In this document: positions 1 through 9,620 of the stretch, in pieces | Layout of the letters: each line of letters opens with the position of its first letter | How positions within the stretch are numbered: position 1 is the stretch's first letter | Source: an uncultured bacterium | GTDB taxonomy: Bacteria > Patescibacteriota > Minisyncoccia > UBA6257 > 2-01-FULL-56-20 | Assembly (NCBI GenBank): GCA_963718575.1 | Contig: OY970358.1 | Span: forward strand, 258,172-322,171 | Length of the DNA stretch: 64,000 bases | Direction: 5' to 3' | Notes under the pieces: generated by a model | What the model saw: only the letters and a program-made list of their open reading frames with translations | Told to the model about the DNA's origin: nothing | Databases searched by the model: none | Position numbers and translations under genes: made by a program

Positions 1-297
1 CGGGCAGACCTTCACGTCCACCACGACGCCCGTCGCGATCCGGTCACCGAGTATCCGCTCCGCATATGCGCCGGCCTCGGCGCTGCACTTCCCGATGGCG
101 ACAAACACGATTTTTCCGACCGCACCAAGGTCGATCTTCTGATCGGCAAGGGTGAGCATATCCCCCTCGAGGCGCATCGCTTTTGCAAGCACCGCTTCCG
201 TATCGATCGTTTCATATCCCGCCTCGGCGATCGCGAGCAACGCCCGGCGCGCATCGGTCAGTGCAATCTCATCAAAGTTTTTGATCTTCATCATCAT
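1..297 (-). CDS. Glycerate kinase-like (DUF4147/MOFRL family), N-terminal part, runs off the window
   Basis: Manual translation MMMKIKNFDEIALTDARRALLAIAEAGYETID...IVFVAIGKCSAEAG...; the 'AIGK' motif fits DUF4147 glycerate kinases. Not in the ORF track because there is no stop in the window. Confidence 0.7.
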   Translation of the reverse strand, partial: MMMKIKNFDEIALTDARRALLAIAEAGYETIDTEAVLAKAMRLEGDMLTLADQKIDLGAVGKIVFVAIGKCSAEAGAYAERILGDRIATGVVVDVKVCP

Positions 298-310
298 AAT
301 CTTAGCATGG

Positions 311-1402
311 TTATCGTTGGCCTTTTCCCACGGCATCCGCGATCGTGGCGTATCCGTCGCGTGCGAGGAGCTTCACGAGCCCGCGGTTGATCCGCTTGAC
401 CGCCATCGGGCCTCCATAGATAAGGCCGGTCACCATCTGCACGAGTGACGCGCCCGCTTTGATCTTTTCGTATGCATCCTCCGCGGTAAAGACCCCGCCA
501 AGGCCGACGAGGATATACTTCCCGGCGGTCGCTCTTATAGATATGCCGGACCATCTCCGTCGAAAGATGCTTTACCGGCGCGCCCGAGATGCCGCCGGCA
601 GGGATCACGTCGAGTTTTTCCTGCGGCGATCGCAGATGCAACTATCGTGCGATCTTTCGAGAGATTTCCCAGAACGAACCCGTCAACGACGTGGTGCTTT
701 TCAACGACCGCAATGATCGCGTCCACTTCGTCCATTGAAAGATGCGTGGAAAGCTTGAGGAATACCGGCACGGGCTTGGGCTCCTTTCCGATCGCGGCGA
801 GCAGCGAGTCGAGCATCGCCGGATCCTGAAACGTGCAACCGTCCTGCGCGTTCGGACACGAGACATTCAGCGTGACGTAGGAAAAATAATGCGCGAGCAT
901 GCTTGTACGTCGCGACATAGTCCTCCACCGACCTGTCTCCCTTGATGTCCGCACGGTTCGTCTTTGCGATATTGATGCCCACCGGGAACGTAAACTTCAG
1001 TTTCTTTAGTTTTTTCTCTATCGCTTCCGCGCCGTAGTTCTTCAACCCGTAATAGACGATGAGCGATGTGTCATCAGGCAGCCGCGCGAGGCGCGGCTTT
1101 GGATTTCCTTCGTATGGAAAGTGCGTGATCGCGCCGACCTCCATGAATCCGAATCCCACCGCCGGCATGATCTTCGTCAGTCGCACGTCCTTGTCGAATC
1201 CCGCGCCGAGCCCGATCGGATTCTTGAAGTCGATCCCCACCACGCGCGTCGCGAGCGCCGGATGTTCGTAATCGCACGACGCGCGCACGATCCACCGCGT
1301 GAGCGCGGACGCGCCGAGCATCGCTCCGACCGCCGTGAAGAAATCATGGACGAATTCCGGGTCGAATCGGAATAATATCGGTTTTAGGATTTTTTCATAC
1401 AT
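311..1402 (-). pseudogene. pyrD: Quinone-dependent dihydroorotate dehydrogenase (class 2), apparently frameshifted three times
   Basis: Motifs NPIGLGAGFDK, GNPKPRLARL, NVSCPN, GGISG and GGVFTAEDAYEKIKAGASLVQ lie in successive frames (ORFs 701-1456, 535-954, 294-641 and a fourth segment ending at TAA 311-313). May be sequencing indels. Confidence 0.85.
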
Positions 1403-1418
1403 TGGATACGTGCTACCG

Positions 1419-3720
1419 TCAGTTCTTTGCGATGGCGGATTCGACGACCGAGGCATCGGTATGCACGTCGTCGATCTCGCACACGCCGCTCACGCACGCC
1501 AGCTCCTTTTTGACGTCGGTCGAATCCGTCTTTTCGTAGAGCAAGATCTGCGAGAAATCGATCGCCGGAAGCGCGGCCGCCATTTCCTCATAGCGCTCCT
1601 TCGTGATCTCCTCGTACGGCGCGAGTAGGTACGCATGGCTCTCCCGCGGAAGGAATGACAGCCCGCCGAGCATGTCCCAGTGCTCGTAGAGCCAGTTCGC
1701 CACCGCGATCCACTCGTTCTCGCCGACCGAGATCGTCACCGACGGATTGTGTTCGGTGAAGCTCACTTTCACCTTGCGCCAATACTCCAGCTGGTCGATC
1801 GCCGAGAGATCATCCTTGAGCACCGCACCCTCCGGCGCCTTGACGGGAAATTCAAAGACGAACGTGGAGGCCGAAGAGATCGATTGCCCGACCTCCGGGA
1901 AGTATGGCACTTTTTGGTCTTTCATCATATGGAACAACGCATCGGTGGCCGAGATGCGCACGCGACGGATGTAATATGCGGCATGCCGCGCGTGCAGGCC
2001 GGACGCGGCGTCCACCGTCTGCGACACCGTGCCCGACGGCTTCACGCACGTGACGGACGACGACGGCGCCACGCCAAATCGCTTCGCGTATTCCTTATTG
2101 ACGGCGATGGCGCGGTCGCGCAAGCGCGGCGAGCATCGCTTCGTTGCGCACCGCAGGGCAATCCCACTGGCCCGTGATCGAGACGCCGAGCAGGCGCTCC
2201 TTCTCGCAGTTCTTTTTCCAGTCCTTTGAAAGATACGGGAACTTCGTGAGCGTCGACTGATAGGTGCCGAGGATCGCCGCAATGCGGATCTTCTTCATCA
2301 GCGTCTCTTCCGTATCATCCACGCGGGCCACCACCTCCGAAAGATTGCAGAACTGTTTCGGCTGGAGCAGGATCTCGCCGCACGGATTGGTGCCGACCTT
2401 CAATATCTTTTGCCCAAGCAATCGCTTGCGCCGATTCGGGATCTGATAGACCAAGCTGCCGCGGTTGAATATCCCCCGCTCGCCGGTGTGGCTCTTTGCG
2501 AGCGCGAGCCACTCATCCATGAATTGCTCCGCATCGGGCTTTCGCGTGTAGACGGCAGAATTGTTCGCCATCGAGCGTTGCGGATCGGCAAAATAGAATT
2601 GTCCGGTCTTCGCCGCCCGCATCTCGCTGTCATCAAGGTCCGAAAGCGAGATCATCGCACTGCGCCGCACGCCGCCCGCCACCACCACCTCGCCGATCTT
2701 GCAACAGATGTCGTGCACGTCGATGTTCGATAAACGGCGCCCCTGCTTGGCCAGTATCTTCGCGCGGGCGAACGCGAGGAGCGAGCGCAGCGGCTCCGGG
2801 CCGGAACTCTTGCCGCCCATCGTTTTCAACCGGGCGCCGGCCGGCCGGAGCAGGGAGAGGTCGAAGTCGATATCCTTGCCCTCGAACCATGTGCGAAGGC
2901 CGAGCGTGAGCGCGTCCGCCCATCCCTCCTTGCTGTCCGCCACCACGTGCGTCTTCAGCTTTTTTCCGTGCTGGCGCTTGATCTGGGGAAGCTTCTGCAC
3001 GTTCTGGCTCTCGACGGAAAATCCGACGCCCGTGCCGCACATCGAGATGTACATGATCTCCGCAAAGTCCTCCAGCTTCTGCGGCGCGGTGAACGAGCAG
3101 TTGTACGCGCACACGTTCGTGGCCCGCGCCGCAGTCCCCGCGAACTGCAGAAGACGCATTGATGGCATCGCTTCCTGATGCATGATCGCGTCCTGGATCT
3201 CCGCGTATTCCTCTTCCGTCAGTTTGTCGCCAAGATTCTCGCGCATGAACGCCACATATCGCTCCACCGTTTCGATCCACGTCTCGCGGCGGCCTTCCTC
3301 CGGGATCCAGTTCGCATAAGTGCGATAGTAGACGAATTCCGCCAGCTGATTATGAAAATAATGCTTGCTCGCCGTCGCAAGCTTCCGTACATATTCCGGA
3401 ATCTCCTTCTTGTTCTCACGCAATTGCGAACGGTCATTGCGATATAAAATATAGGCCTTCGCGGTCTTCTGGAAATCCATCAAAATCAGCTGCGTCTCCA
3501 CCACGTCCTGGATCTCCTCGATCGTCGGAATGTGGCCGGCGGGATACTTCTTCATGAGCGAGGCGACCACCTGCTCCGATACTTTTTCCGCCGCCTGCGC
3601 CGACCCGTCATTCGCCGCCGCCATCGCGCGCGCGATCGCGCTTGTGATCCTGTCCTGATCGAACGGCACAATCCGACCATCCCGCTTCCGCACTTCCGCA
3701 AAGCTGTTGTTTTTTGTCAT
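1419..3720 (-). CDS. nrdJ: Adenosylcobalamin-dependent (class II) ribonucleotide reductase with N-terminal ATP cone; one frameshift near 2120-2135
   Basis: VRKRDG ATP cone, PSMR, AYNC, GGVRRSA, TNPCGE, LGVSITG in ORF 2095-3777; TCVKPSGT, EHNPS and C-terminal ACVSGVCE in ORF 1419-2282. Confidence 0.9.
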
Positions 3721-3770
3721 GGTACATTCAGTGTCACACCGAAGTCGTGAACCGTATAGCAAGAGCCCCT

Positions 3771-3779
3771 TGTGCATAA
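3771..3779 (-). promoter_or_regulatory. DnaA-box-like site TTATGCACA upstream of nrdJ
   Basis: Plus strand tgtgcataa matches the reverse complement of TTWTNCACA. Confidence 0.45.
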
Positions 3780-3853
3780 CCGGAACGCATTGTCATTTGG
3801 AGAACGAATATCGGGAAATCCTTTATTTTTTATTAACAAATCGCTCTTAAAAA

Positions 3854-3872
3854 ATGACAACATTCTTGTCAT
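3854..3872. promoter_or_regulatory. Palindromic operator candidate ATGACAA-N5-TTGTCAT between divergent nrdJ and TrmB-like genes
   Basis: Perfect 7-bp inverted repeat just upstream of a TGCTATAAT extended -10. Confidence 0.45.
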
Positions 3873-3913
3873 CTATTTCTCAAAATGTGCTATAATTTTT
3901 GAAAATAAGCAAA

Positions 3914-4651
3914 ATGCATATAAAAGGCGTCATAGAACAGCTCGGGTACAGCTCTCAGGAGGCCGCAGTGTACCTCGCCGCCCTCGAATTGGGGGGTAGC
4001 ACGGCCACGGACATCGCCGTGAAGGCGCGCCTCCCGCGCACCACGGTCAACCTCATCATCACCGCGCTCAACAAGAAGGGGCTTCTGAACGCGTACATCC
4101 AACGCAAGCGCAAGCTCTGGGCGGCGGAGAATCCCGAGCGGCTGATGATCACGCTCAAAGAGCGCGAGGCGGCGCTCAAGCTCGTACTCCCCGAACTGCA
4201 ATCGCTCCGGCACGACACGGGCGTCAAGCCCACCGTGCGTGCATACGCAGGCGTGGACGAGATCCGCCAGATCATGAACGACATCCTCGAGACAAAGCAT
4301 CACATCTCCGCCATCCTTTCATGGGACGAATGGAAAGAGCTCCTTGGCGAAACATATATGGATGATTTCATCGAGAGCCGCTACCGGCAGTATCTCCGCA
4401 TCCGCATCCTCACGCCAAAGTCAAAAGCGGCGGCGGCGCTCAAGGCGCGCGACGGCGAAGAGCTCCGCACGACGCAATATCTCCCCTCCTCGATCGCCAT
4501 CAACAACTGCAATTTCATCTATGCCAACAAGGTCGCGATCATCTCGCTCAACAAAAAACGCCCGGTGGGCATTTTGATCGAGGATCAGGATATTCACCAC
4601 ACGATGGAGGTCATGTTCGAAAGCCTGTGGCGTGAAAGCGGCGGGGCGTGA
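3914..4651 (+). CDS. TrmB-family transcriptional regulator
   Basis: N-terminal wHTH (LGYSSQEAAVYLAALELG...PRTTV...L..KGL) and PLD-like effector domain (IYANKVAIIS). Confidence 0.85.
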   Translation: MHIKGVIEQLGYSSQEAAVYLAALELGGSTATDIAVKARLPRTTVNLIITALNKKGLLNAYIQRKRKLWAAENPERLMITLKEREAALKLVLPELQSLRHDTGVKPTVRAYAGVDEIRQIMNDILETKHHISAILSWDEWKELLGETYMDDFIESRYRQYLRIRILTPKSKAAAALKARDGEELRTTQYLPSSIAINNCNFIYANKVAIISLNKKRPVGILIEDQDIHHTMEVMFESLWRESGGA

Positions 4652-4716
4652 AATCTGGGTATTCCCTTTTTCCCACGAAGTGTCATACTGAACAATAGAA
4701 AGCGTCCACTGGAGGT

Positions 4717-4810
4717 TGCGATGCCCACCCCGCCAAACCATCCGCCTGAGTCATCCATGCACTCCGGTGATGACGGCCGCTGCCAGTTACCACCCTCGAG
4801 TAGCATCGCC
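4717..4810 (-). ncRNA. Unassigned ~95-nt rod-like structured RNA candidate
   Basis: Minus strand GCGAUGC/GCAUCGC closing stem extended by G-U pairs; apical GUCAUC/GAUGAC stem; intergenic. Confidence 0.4.
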
Positions 4811-4945
4811 TATTTACGCTACGAAACCAAAAAAAGCAACGAAAGAGATCCCGAAAAACCCGGCCTTCTCTTTCTCCGTATCTGCAAGACGCAACAATAG
4901 AACCACCACCGGCGCGAAAACCCGAACACTTTCGCGCCGCCTTTT

Positions 4946-5191
4946 TTATTTCAATGCGATTTCCACGATCTTTTCCTTCGCCGTAACTCCGGAAACGATC
5001 CGCACGCCCGACGGCGCGACATTAAAATGTTCCGCGAGCGCGCGTTCGATCGCACGGTTCGCCTTCCCGTCCACCGCCCGCTCATTAACAGCCACCACAA
5101 AACGCCGCTCGCCGCTCTTTTCAAAGAGATCGGTCGTTTCCTTCACATAGGCCCTTTTAACACCCGGCTTTGCGCGCACAGCGATCCTCAT
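4946..5191 (-). CDS. DUF167 (YggU-like) protein
   Basis: V.AKPG...AVDGKAN..LAEHF.V....V.IVSG.TAKEK pattern. Confidence 0.9.
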   Translation of the reverse strand: MRIAVRAKPGVKRAYVKETTDLFEKSGERRFVVAVNERAVDGKANRAIERALAEHFNVAPSGVRIVSGVTAKEKIVEIALK

Positions 5192-5196
5192 CTGCG

Positions 5197-5331
5197 CTAT
5201 TCCTTGGCGTCGCCGTTATCGTCCGTCGGAGTGTTGTCCGTGTTGGCCTCAATATCCTCCGCTTCGATATCGTGCTCCAAATCTTCGTTGAGATCCACAT
5301 CCGGCATATCTGCGTCCTCGTCTTGTGCCAT
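5197..5331 (-). CDS. 44-aa very acidic small protein
   Basis: Manual translation MAQDEDADMPDVDLNEDLEHDIEAEDIEANTDNTPTDDNGDAKE*; stop 5 nt before the DUF167 start. Confidence 0.6.
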   Translation of the reverse strand: MAQDEDADMPDVDLNEDLEHDIEAEDIEANTDNTPTDDNGDAKE

Positions 5332-5438
5332 AAAATTATTTTATTGTTTTTTTTGGGGAGGTTCAACGACCTTTCCTTATTATTGTTGACGTGTTTATAT
5401 CATACCTTATTACACGTTAAATCTTTATTAAAAAAGAT

Positions 5439-5466
5439 TTGACGGGAAAGGCTCTTCGGCTACAAT
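5439..5466 (+). promoter_or_regulatory. sigma70-type promoter TTGACG-N16-TACAAT
   Basis: Near-consensus -35/-10 directly upstream of the hairpin cluster. Confidence 0.65.
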
Positions 5467-5472
5467 AATATC

Positions 5473-5565
5473 AGGATCGAAAGATCCATTAATGGCTTCG
5501 GCCTCGCCCTCGTGCAAACGAGGGCAAACAATCAATTAAAAAGCGTCCGCTGAAGGACGTTTTTT
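5473..5565 (+). ncRNA. Putative small RNA with three tetraloop hairpins followed by an intrinsic terminator
   Basis: GGAUC-GAAA-GAUCC, GGC-UUCG-GCC, GCCCUCGU-GCAA-ACGAGGGC, then GCGUCC-GCUGAA-GGACGU plus U-run. Confidence 0.6.
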
Positions 5566-5771
5566 AATTCCTCAAAAGCGGCCTCATCGTGTCAAGAGCG
5601 TGGCTCATTTGATTGGTTGGGACCTGGCCGTTAGTGGCATTAGTCCCCCACTTCATCTCCCAAATCTCGCTGGACTCTCCCAAGGCCCGGGATTTCCAAA
5701 TCTGACTAGTCTGGGAGAACTTTCGGATCGAGTCTTGGGTGCGCACATCTCCCGGTGAGATTTCGTCGCAG

Positions 5772-5800
5772 TTGACAACGCACATCCTCAAGGGTACGAT
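5772..5800 (+). promoter_or_regulatory. sigma70-type promoter TTGACA-N17-TACGAT for the RHH gene
   Basis: Consensus -35 with 17-nt spacer. Confidence 0.6.
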
Positions 5801-5830
5801 ACATATGTACATATGTACATATGTACGTAT
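5801..5830. repeat. Three tandem palindromic 8-mers ACATATGT plus one degenerate copy
   Basis: acatatgt at 5801, 5809 and 5817; acgtat at 5825. Confidence 0.9.
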
Positions 5831-5904
5831 AGCCGATATACATTGGTGCTTGCATCCAAATGTGTGGATGGTCAATCATACGTATGTATAGGCAAAGGAG
5901 GATT

Positions 5905-6189
5905 ATGACATCTCGCACTCAGAAGGAACTCGGAGTGAAGAAACCCACCAAAGGCGCAACTATAACGGGCCGGAAGCGCGGCAGCAGGCACAGCTTTGTG
6001 GCTCCCGCCCCCAACTTGCTCGGAGAAGAGGGACAAGAATACATGGTATTGCGAACAATGTATTTGACTCCTGCCTTGGATAACACTCTGAAGGCTATTG
6101 CTGCTCGACAGGGAAAGAGCAAGAACCAATTGCTTCGAGAGATCCTGACAGCGGGCGTGCAAAAAGAGAGTTTGGCGCTCTCCCGATAG
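5905..6189 (+). CDS. Ribbon-helix-helix (CopG/ParG-like) DNA-binding protein with basic N-terminal tail
   Basis: RTMYLTPALDNTLKAIAARQGKSKNQLLREIL fits the RHH pattern; AGGAGG SD upstream. Confidence 0.75.
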   Translation: MTSRTQKELGVKKPTKGATITGRKRGSRHSFVAPAPNLLGEEGQEYMVLRTMYLTPALDNTLKAIAARQGKSKNQLLREILTAGVQKESLALSR

Positions 6190-6283
6190 TTCGGAATTCA
6201 TTCAAGAAGGTCATCCCATTATAGTTGACCTTCTTATTTTTGTCCGACGTTCAATTGTATTGACGACATACAAATAAACGTCT

Positions 6284-6724
6284 ATGATCTCCCCGGCTCC
6301 AAGATCGGAGGATTTCGTGGAACAAAAACTATATCGCATGGCGGAGATGGAAGAGATTATTGGCTTGGATCGACAAGCCCTCTACAAATATGTGGACACG
6401 TATGACCTCTCTTCGGATGGGCCGAATCTTCATAAGCGTGGTAGCACTCCGCATTATCAACTTACGGAAGCGAATCTTGAACGCCTAAGACTCATCGTGG
6501 CTCTGGATCGTGACGTCGTTTTTGAGAAGAAGGAAATCAAGGGAATCATTAAGAAACTAGATGTCGCCGAATTCGTAAATCTGTTTGAAACGCTCCCGTT
6601 TCCCAGCCTCCTCAAGGAGTTGGACGCTCGTGGAGTACCAATAGTTGAAATTAGTTTCTTGAAGCCGCTTCTCGACAAATCAGGCCGCTCTAGCAAGCGT
6701 CAACGAGTCACTGAAAAGCCATAA
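6284..6724 (+). CDS. MerR-like helix-turn-helix protein
   Basis: LYRMAEMEEIIGLDRQALYKY...LTEANLERLRLIVAL resembles the MerR wHTH. Confidence 0.55.
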   Translation: MISPAPRSEDFVEQKLYRMAEMEEIIGLDRQALYKYVDTYDLSSDGPNLHKRGSTPHYQLTEANLERLRLIVALDRDVVFEKKEIKGIIKKLDVAEFVNLFETLPFPSLLKELDARGVPIVEISFLKPLLDKSGRSSKRQRVTEKP

Positions 6725-7282
6725 TCATTCTCTCCTTCCGAATCGCACCTCCCCCAGAGCCTTCCAGAGGCCCTCCTCAAATGCTTTGGTCGGAATGCTC
6801 ACAAATGCTGACATTTGCGTTTGAAGTGGTCGTAGGAGTTCAACTTCAGCGGTTCTCGCAAGATCGAGCCAATCTGGGCCTGCATCAAATATCTTGTCGG
6901 GACATGTCGTGTATACAATCCAAGTCAACTGACTATCTATTAGTTTTATGTCCAAAGGATAGAGCCTGCAATCGATGGGGCGGGAATTATAAATCTGGCA
7001 ACCATCTGTTGAGCTATGAAACATGCAGCTTCCACCCATGCTTTTGCGGACTGACTTCACATAGACATGAGGTTCAATCTCACTCATATCCGCAAATTCG
7101 GTCGGTGTTAAACCCGTTTCCGCGCTGATCCTGGCGATATCAAAACTCGTCAAAAACGGAGCTTCTATCTCGCAACAATTTGGACTGCTGCAACTGGCAC
7201 ATGCGTGACCGAGAATAGTCGTTGCAAGGTGGCCTCGACTAGCCATTTCTCCAATTTGAACCAACAGAGGCCGCGCAGCCAT
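6725..7282 (-). CDS. YkgJ-family cysteine-cluster (CxxCxxCC) protein
   Basis: CASC...CC, CMFH...GCQIYNSRPIDCRLYP. Confidence 0.85.
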   Translation of the reverse strand: MAARPLLVQIGEMASRGHLATTILGHACASCSSPNCCEIEAPFLTSFDIARISAETGLTPTEFADMSEIEPHVYVKSVRKSMGGSCMFHSSTDGCQIYNSRPIDCRLYPLDIKLIDSQLTWIVYTTCPDKIFDAGPDWLDLARTAEVELLRPLQTQMSAFVSIPTKAFEEGLWKALGEVRFGRRE

Positions 7283-7798
7283 CTTCCGCCCTTCAGGCAG
7301 CAATTATCAAGCTCCGCCGCACCAAAATCAATTGCTCTCTTCGTTGTGCCTCACCAAGATTCCGATCTTCTGTCGAATCAAGAACATAAACTAGGCGTCT
7401 TCTGATTATCTGGTTGCTTCAGCAGACCGCAAGCATCCTCAGCCGCGGATTCTGGACCCACTGCAGCGCGGCCGGCACAAATGAACACATCGCGCCCACG
7501 GGAACAGCCGTTTTCGGTGAGGCCGATGGCATTCACGCCTGCCGCAAGCGTTTCGCGGAGAAACATTGTCACGAGTCTTTTTGGAGTCGCGTTGGCTTTG
7601 TGGAATTGGGATCTGGGCATTCCAATGGGTAAAGGTTTAGTGCGGCCTTTCGCGTAATCGTACCGCAAAAAACGAATTCATTTCCATGCTTGGTGTTCTA
7701 TGGAGCGATGGGACATTGAATACTCTGGTCAGCAGCGCCGGTTGATCGGAGTTCGAGAGGCTGGCGTATTGGAGGAATCATATCCCGCAAGAGAATGA

Positions 7799-7831
7799 GC
7801 CAAACGGGGAGCCGAAGAGCCCCGTTTGGCC
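7799..7831. terminator. GC-rich hairpin GCCAAACGGGG...CCCCGTTTGGC
   Basis: Perfect 11-bp stem downstream of the 7888-8130 gene; no clear U-tract. Confidence 0.4.
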
Positions 7832-7887
7832 GATTGCAAAAACTGGTCTTGCTGATGAGCCGGTCAGTTAGACTCGCAGAGATTTGC

Positions 7888-8130
7888 TTAACTGAGGGCT
7901 TCAAGGTCCTTCTCTAACTGTTTACGCCTTTCAGAGAGCTCTGCAATCGCATCCTTTGCAGCCTCATCCCACTTCTCCATCTTCTCTCGAGACAGAGATA
8001 GATTCATTTGGCCTTGTATTCTCTCTATATTCAAAATGTATTCCCTCAGATGCTCCAATTCCTCCTCGATCTGCACCTTTCTATCTTGATTTTGGTCAAC
8101 CTCGTGGGAGCCAATTAGTTCTTTAGGCAT
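7888..8130 (-). CDS. Hypothetical coiled-coil protein
   Basis: 80-aa charged helical ORF with an upstream promoter-like TTGACA..TATACT. Confidence 0.6.
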   Translation of the reverse strand: MPKELIGSHEVDQNQDRKVQIEEELEHLREYILNIERIQGQMNLSLSREKMEKWDEAAKDAIAELSERRKQLEKDLEALS

Positions 8131-8241
8131 TGGTTAATTAGAATGTTTGATTATATTTCTCAGTATAAGCCGGATGTAAGTAGTGTCAAGCCCTCTGTGG
8201 GATGGATGTCTGACGAAAGATTCCCCTCACCTCATCTCTCT

Positions 8242-8580
8242 TCATATCGTGCGACGAAACAGCATAATGATGCTCATACATGCACCCCAATTCCAGCTTG
8301 CGGCAGAGGGTTTTGATTGTGCGCGAGGGATGCTGATTAGCCAACTCTTTATTGGGATTTCCTGGAGTAGTACGGCTTGCTGATCATTGAAAATCCCGAT
8401 CTCCAATGCTGCTGCCTCGGCGATCTCGGGGGCAATCATATCGAGTTCAATGACCATGCTCTTCTCGGGCGCGAGGTGGTATCCACCCACCCCAAAGAAG
8501 ATTGTGTAGTCAACTCCAAGTCGCACCATCGCCTTCATAACCAGATCAACGTTCTTCCGTTCTGTCAGAATGCGATACAT
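8242..8580 (-). CDS. Hypothetical protein resembling the SAM-lyase/DUF3574 ferredoxin-like fold
   Basis: YTIFFGVGGY...PEKSMVIE...AAALEI...DQQAVLL pattern. Confidence 0.5.
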   Translation of the reverse strand: MYRILTERKNVDLVMKAMVRLGVDYTIFFGVGGYHLAPEKSMVIELDMIAPEIAEAAALEIGIFNDQQAVLLQEIPIKSWLISIPRAQSKPSAASWNWGACMSIIMLFRRTI

Positions 8581-8898
8581 AAGAAAACTCCGCCTTTGGC
8601 GTCCTCGTCCCGGAATCTGTAATTCAGGCGCATTTCATAGTTACTCAAGCACGCGCCTGAATGCGCGGATGGGGCAATGACGTGGGAACAGTGATTGCAT
8701 GATCGACATCAATGCGTTCGACCCGGAGCGAACGCATTGTCATGCATATTAATTTCACGCCTTCGGAGGTCTCGAAAGCGTACCTCATCTTATAGCGGGG
8801 GCTGAAGAATAAAAGGTTGCATAATTTTTCTCCCAGCAATAGCGCGCGCCATGGGTGGTTCCTTGACGGAATGACTATAGTCTCTATGCTGAAGGGGC

Positions 8899-9600
8899 AT
8901 GCTCCGGCACGAAGGAGGAGAGAATCAAGAAGAACTCAGGCGTCAGGAAAGGACGAAGGCCTGGAACGAGAGACTCGAGACAATCGGGCGCATCAGAGAT
9001 GCACTTGGTTTTCCCGTTGACGAGACCATTCGTGAACCTGTTGCCGCACTCCATTGCTTCGGAATTCCGACCTCGGCATCGTGCGAAGGGCACCTGGATC
9101 GCGGTAAGGCGGCCCCCTGGATCAAAATAGAAGGTCCGAACCAACCACGAGACCGATTCACGGGCCAGAGCGCAATCTTCGCAGCGACTGCTGAGAAGTA
9201 TCATATCTCCGAGGACGATGTGAGGACTGCCCGCAGTTGGGAAGCATGGAAGGAAGCAACCGGGCTCGCGGCAGTGAACGAGGAGACGAGCGATTATCAC
9301 ATCTGGCGGAAAGAGAATGAAGCCCTCCAAGTGAAGCTCGCAGCGTTGCTCGCGGAGTTCTATCGAGATAGAGTGGCGAGCCCATCCTTGCATCTCGAAA
9401 TCGAGCCCGATCCCGAAGGAACGGCGAGACTTCACAACGGCGGAGATGACTACAAGGTAAGACATCTATCTCTTTCCGAGGACGAGCGCCAGGATCTCGC
9501 CGGGCGCCTCGTGGAATACCAGACAGAAATGAAAGAGTTTGCCGATTTTCTCAAAGAGAAATATGTTTCGTCTCAAGACGTGGAAACCGCGGTAGAGTAG
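8899..9600 (+). CDS. Hypothetical protein with TxxSCEGH motif
   Basis: VDETIREPVAAL..FGIPTSASCEGH; own promoter TTGACG..TATGCT. Confidence 0.7.
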   Translation: MLRHEGGENQEELRRQERTKAWNERLETIGRIRDALGFPVDETIREPVAALHCFGIPTSASCEGHLDRGKAAPWIKIEGPNQPRDRFTGQSAIFAATAEKYHISEDDVRTARSWEAWKEATGLAAVNEETSDYHIWRKENEALQVKLAALLAEFYRDRVASPSLHLEIEPDPEGTARLHNGGDDYKVRHLSLSEDERQDLAGRLVEYQTEMKEFADFLKEKYVSSQDVETAVE

Positions 9601-9620
9601 TGCATAAGAAAGGACGGCAT

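Noticed and set aside
2095-2282. Programmed frameshift, intein or intron in nrdJ
   Set aside because: No slippery heptamer or inserted sequence; a single-base indel restores a normal-length protein
5801-5830. Tandem repeat as a CRISPR array
   Set aside because: 8-bp units without spacers, and no cas genes in the window
7378-7904. Short minus-strand ORFs 7378-7668 and 7698-7904
   Set aside because: Weak starts, no SD, no recognisable motifs; one spans a hairpin
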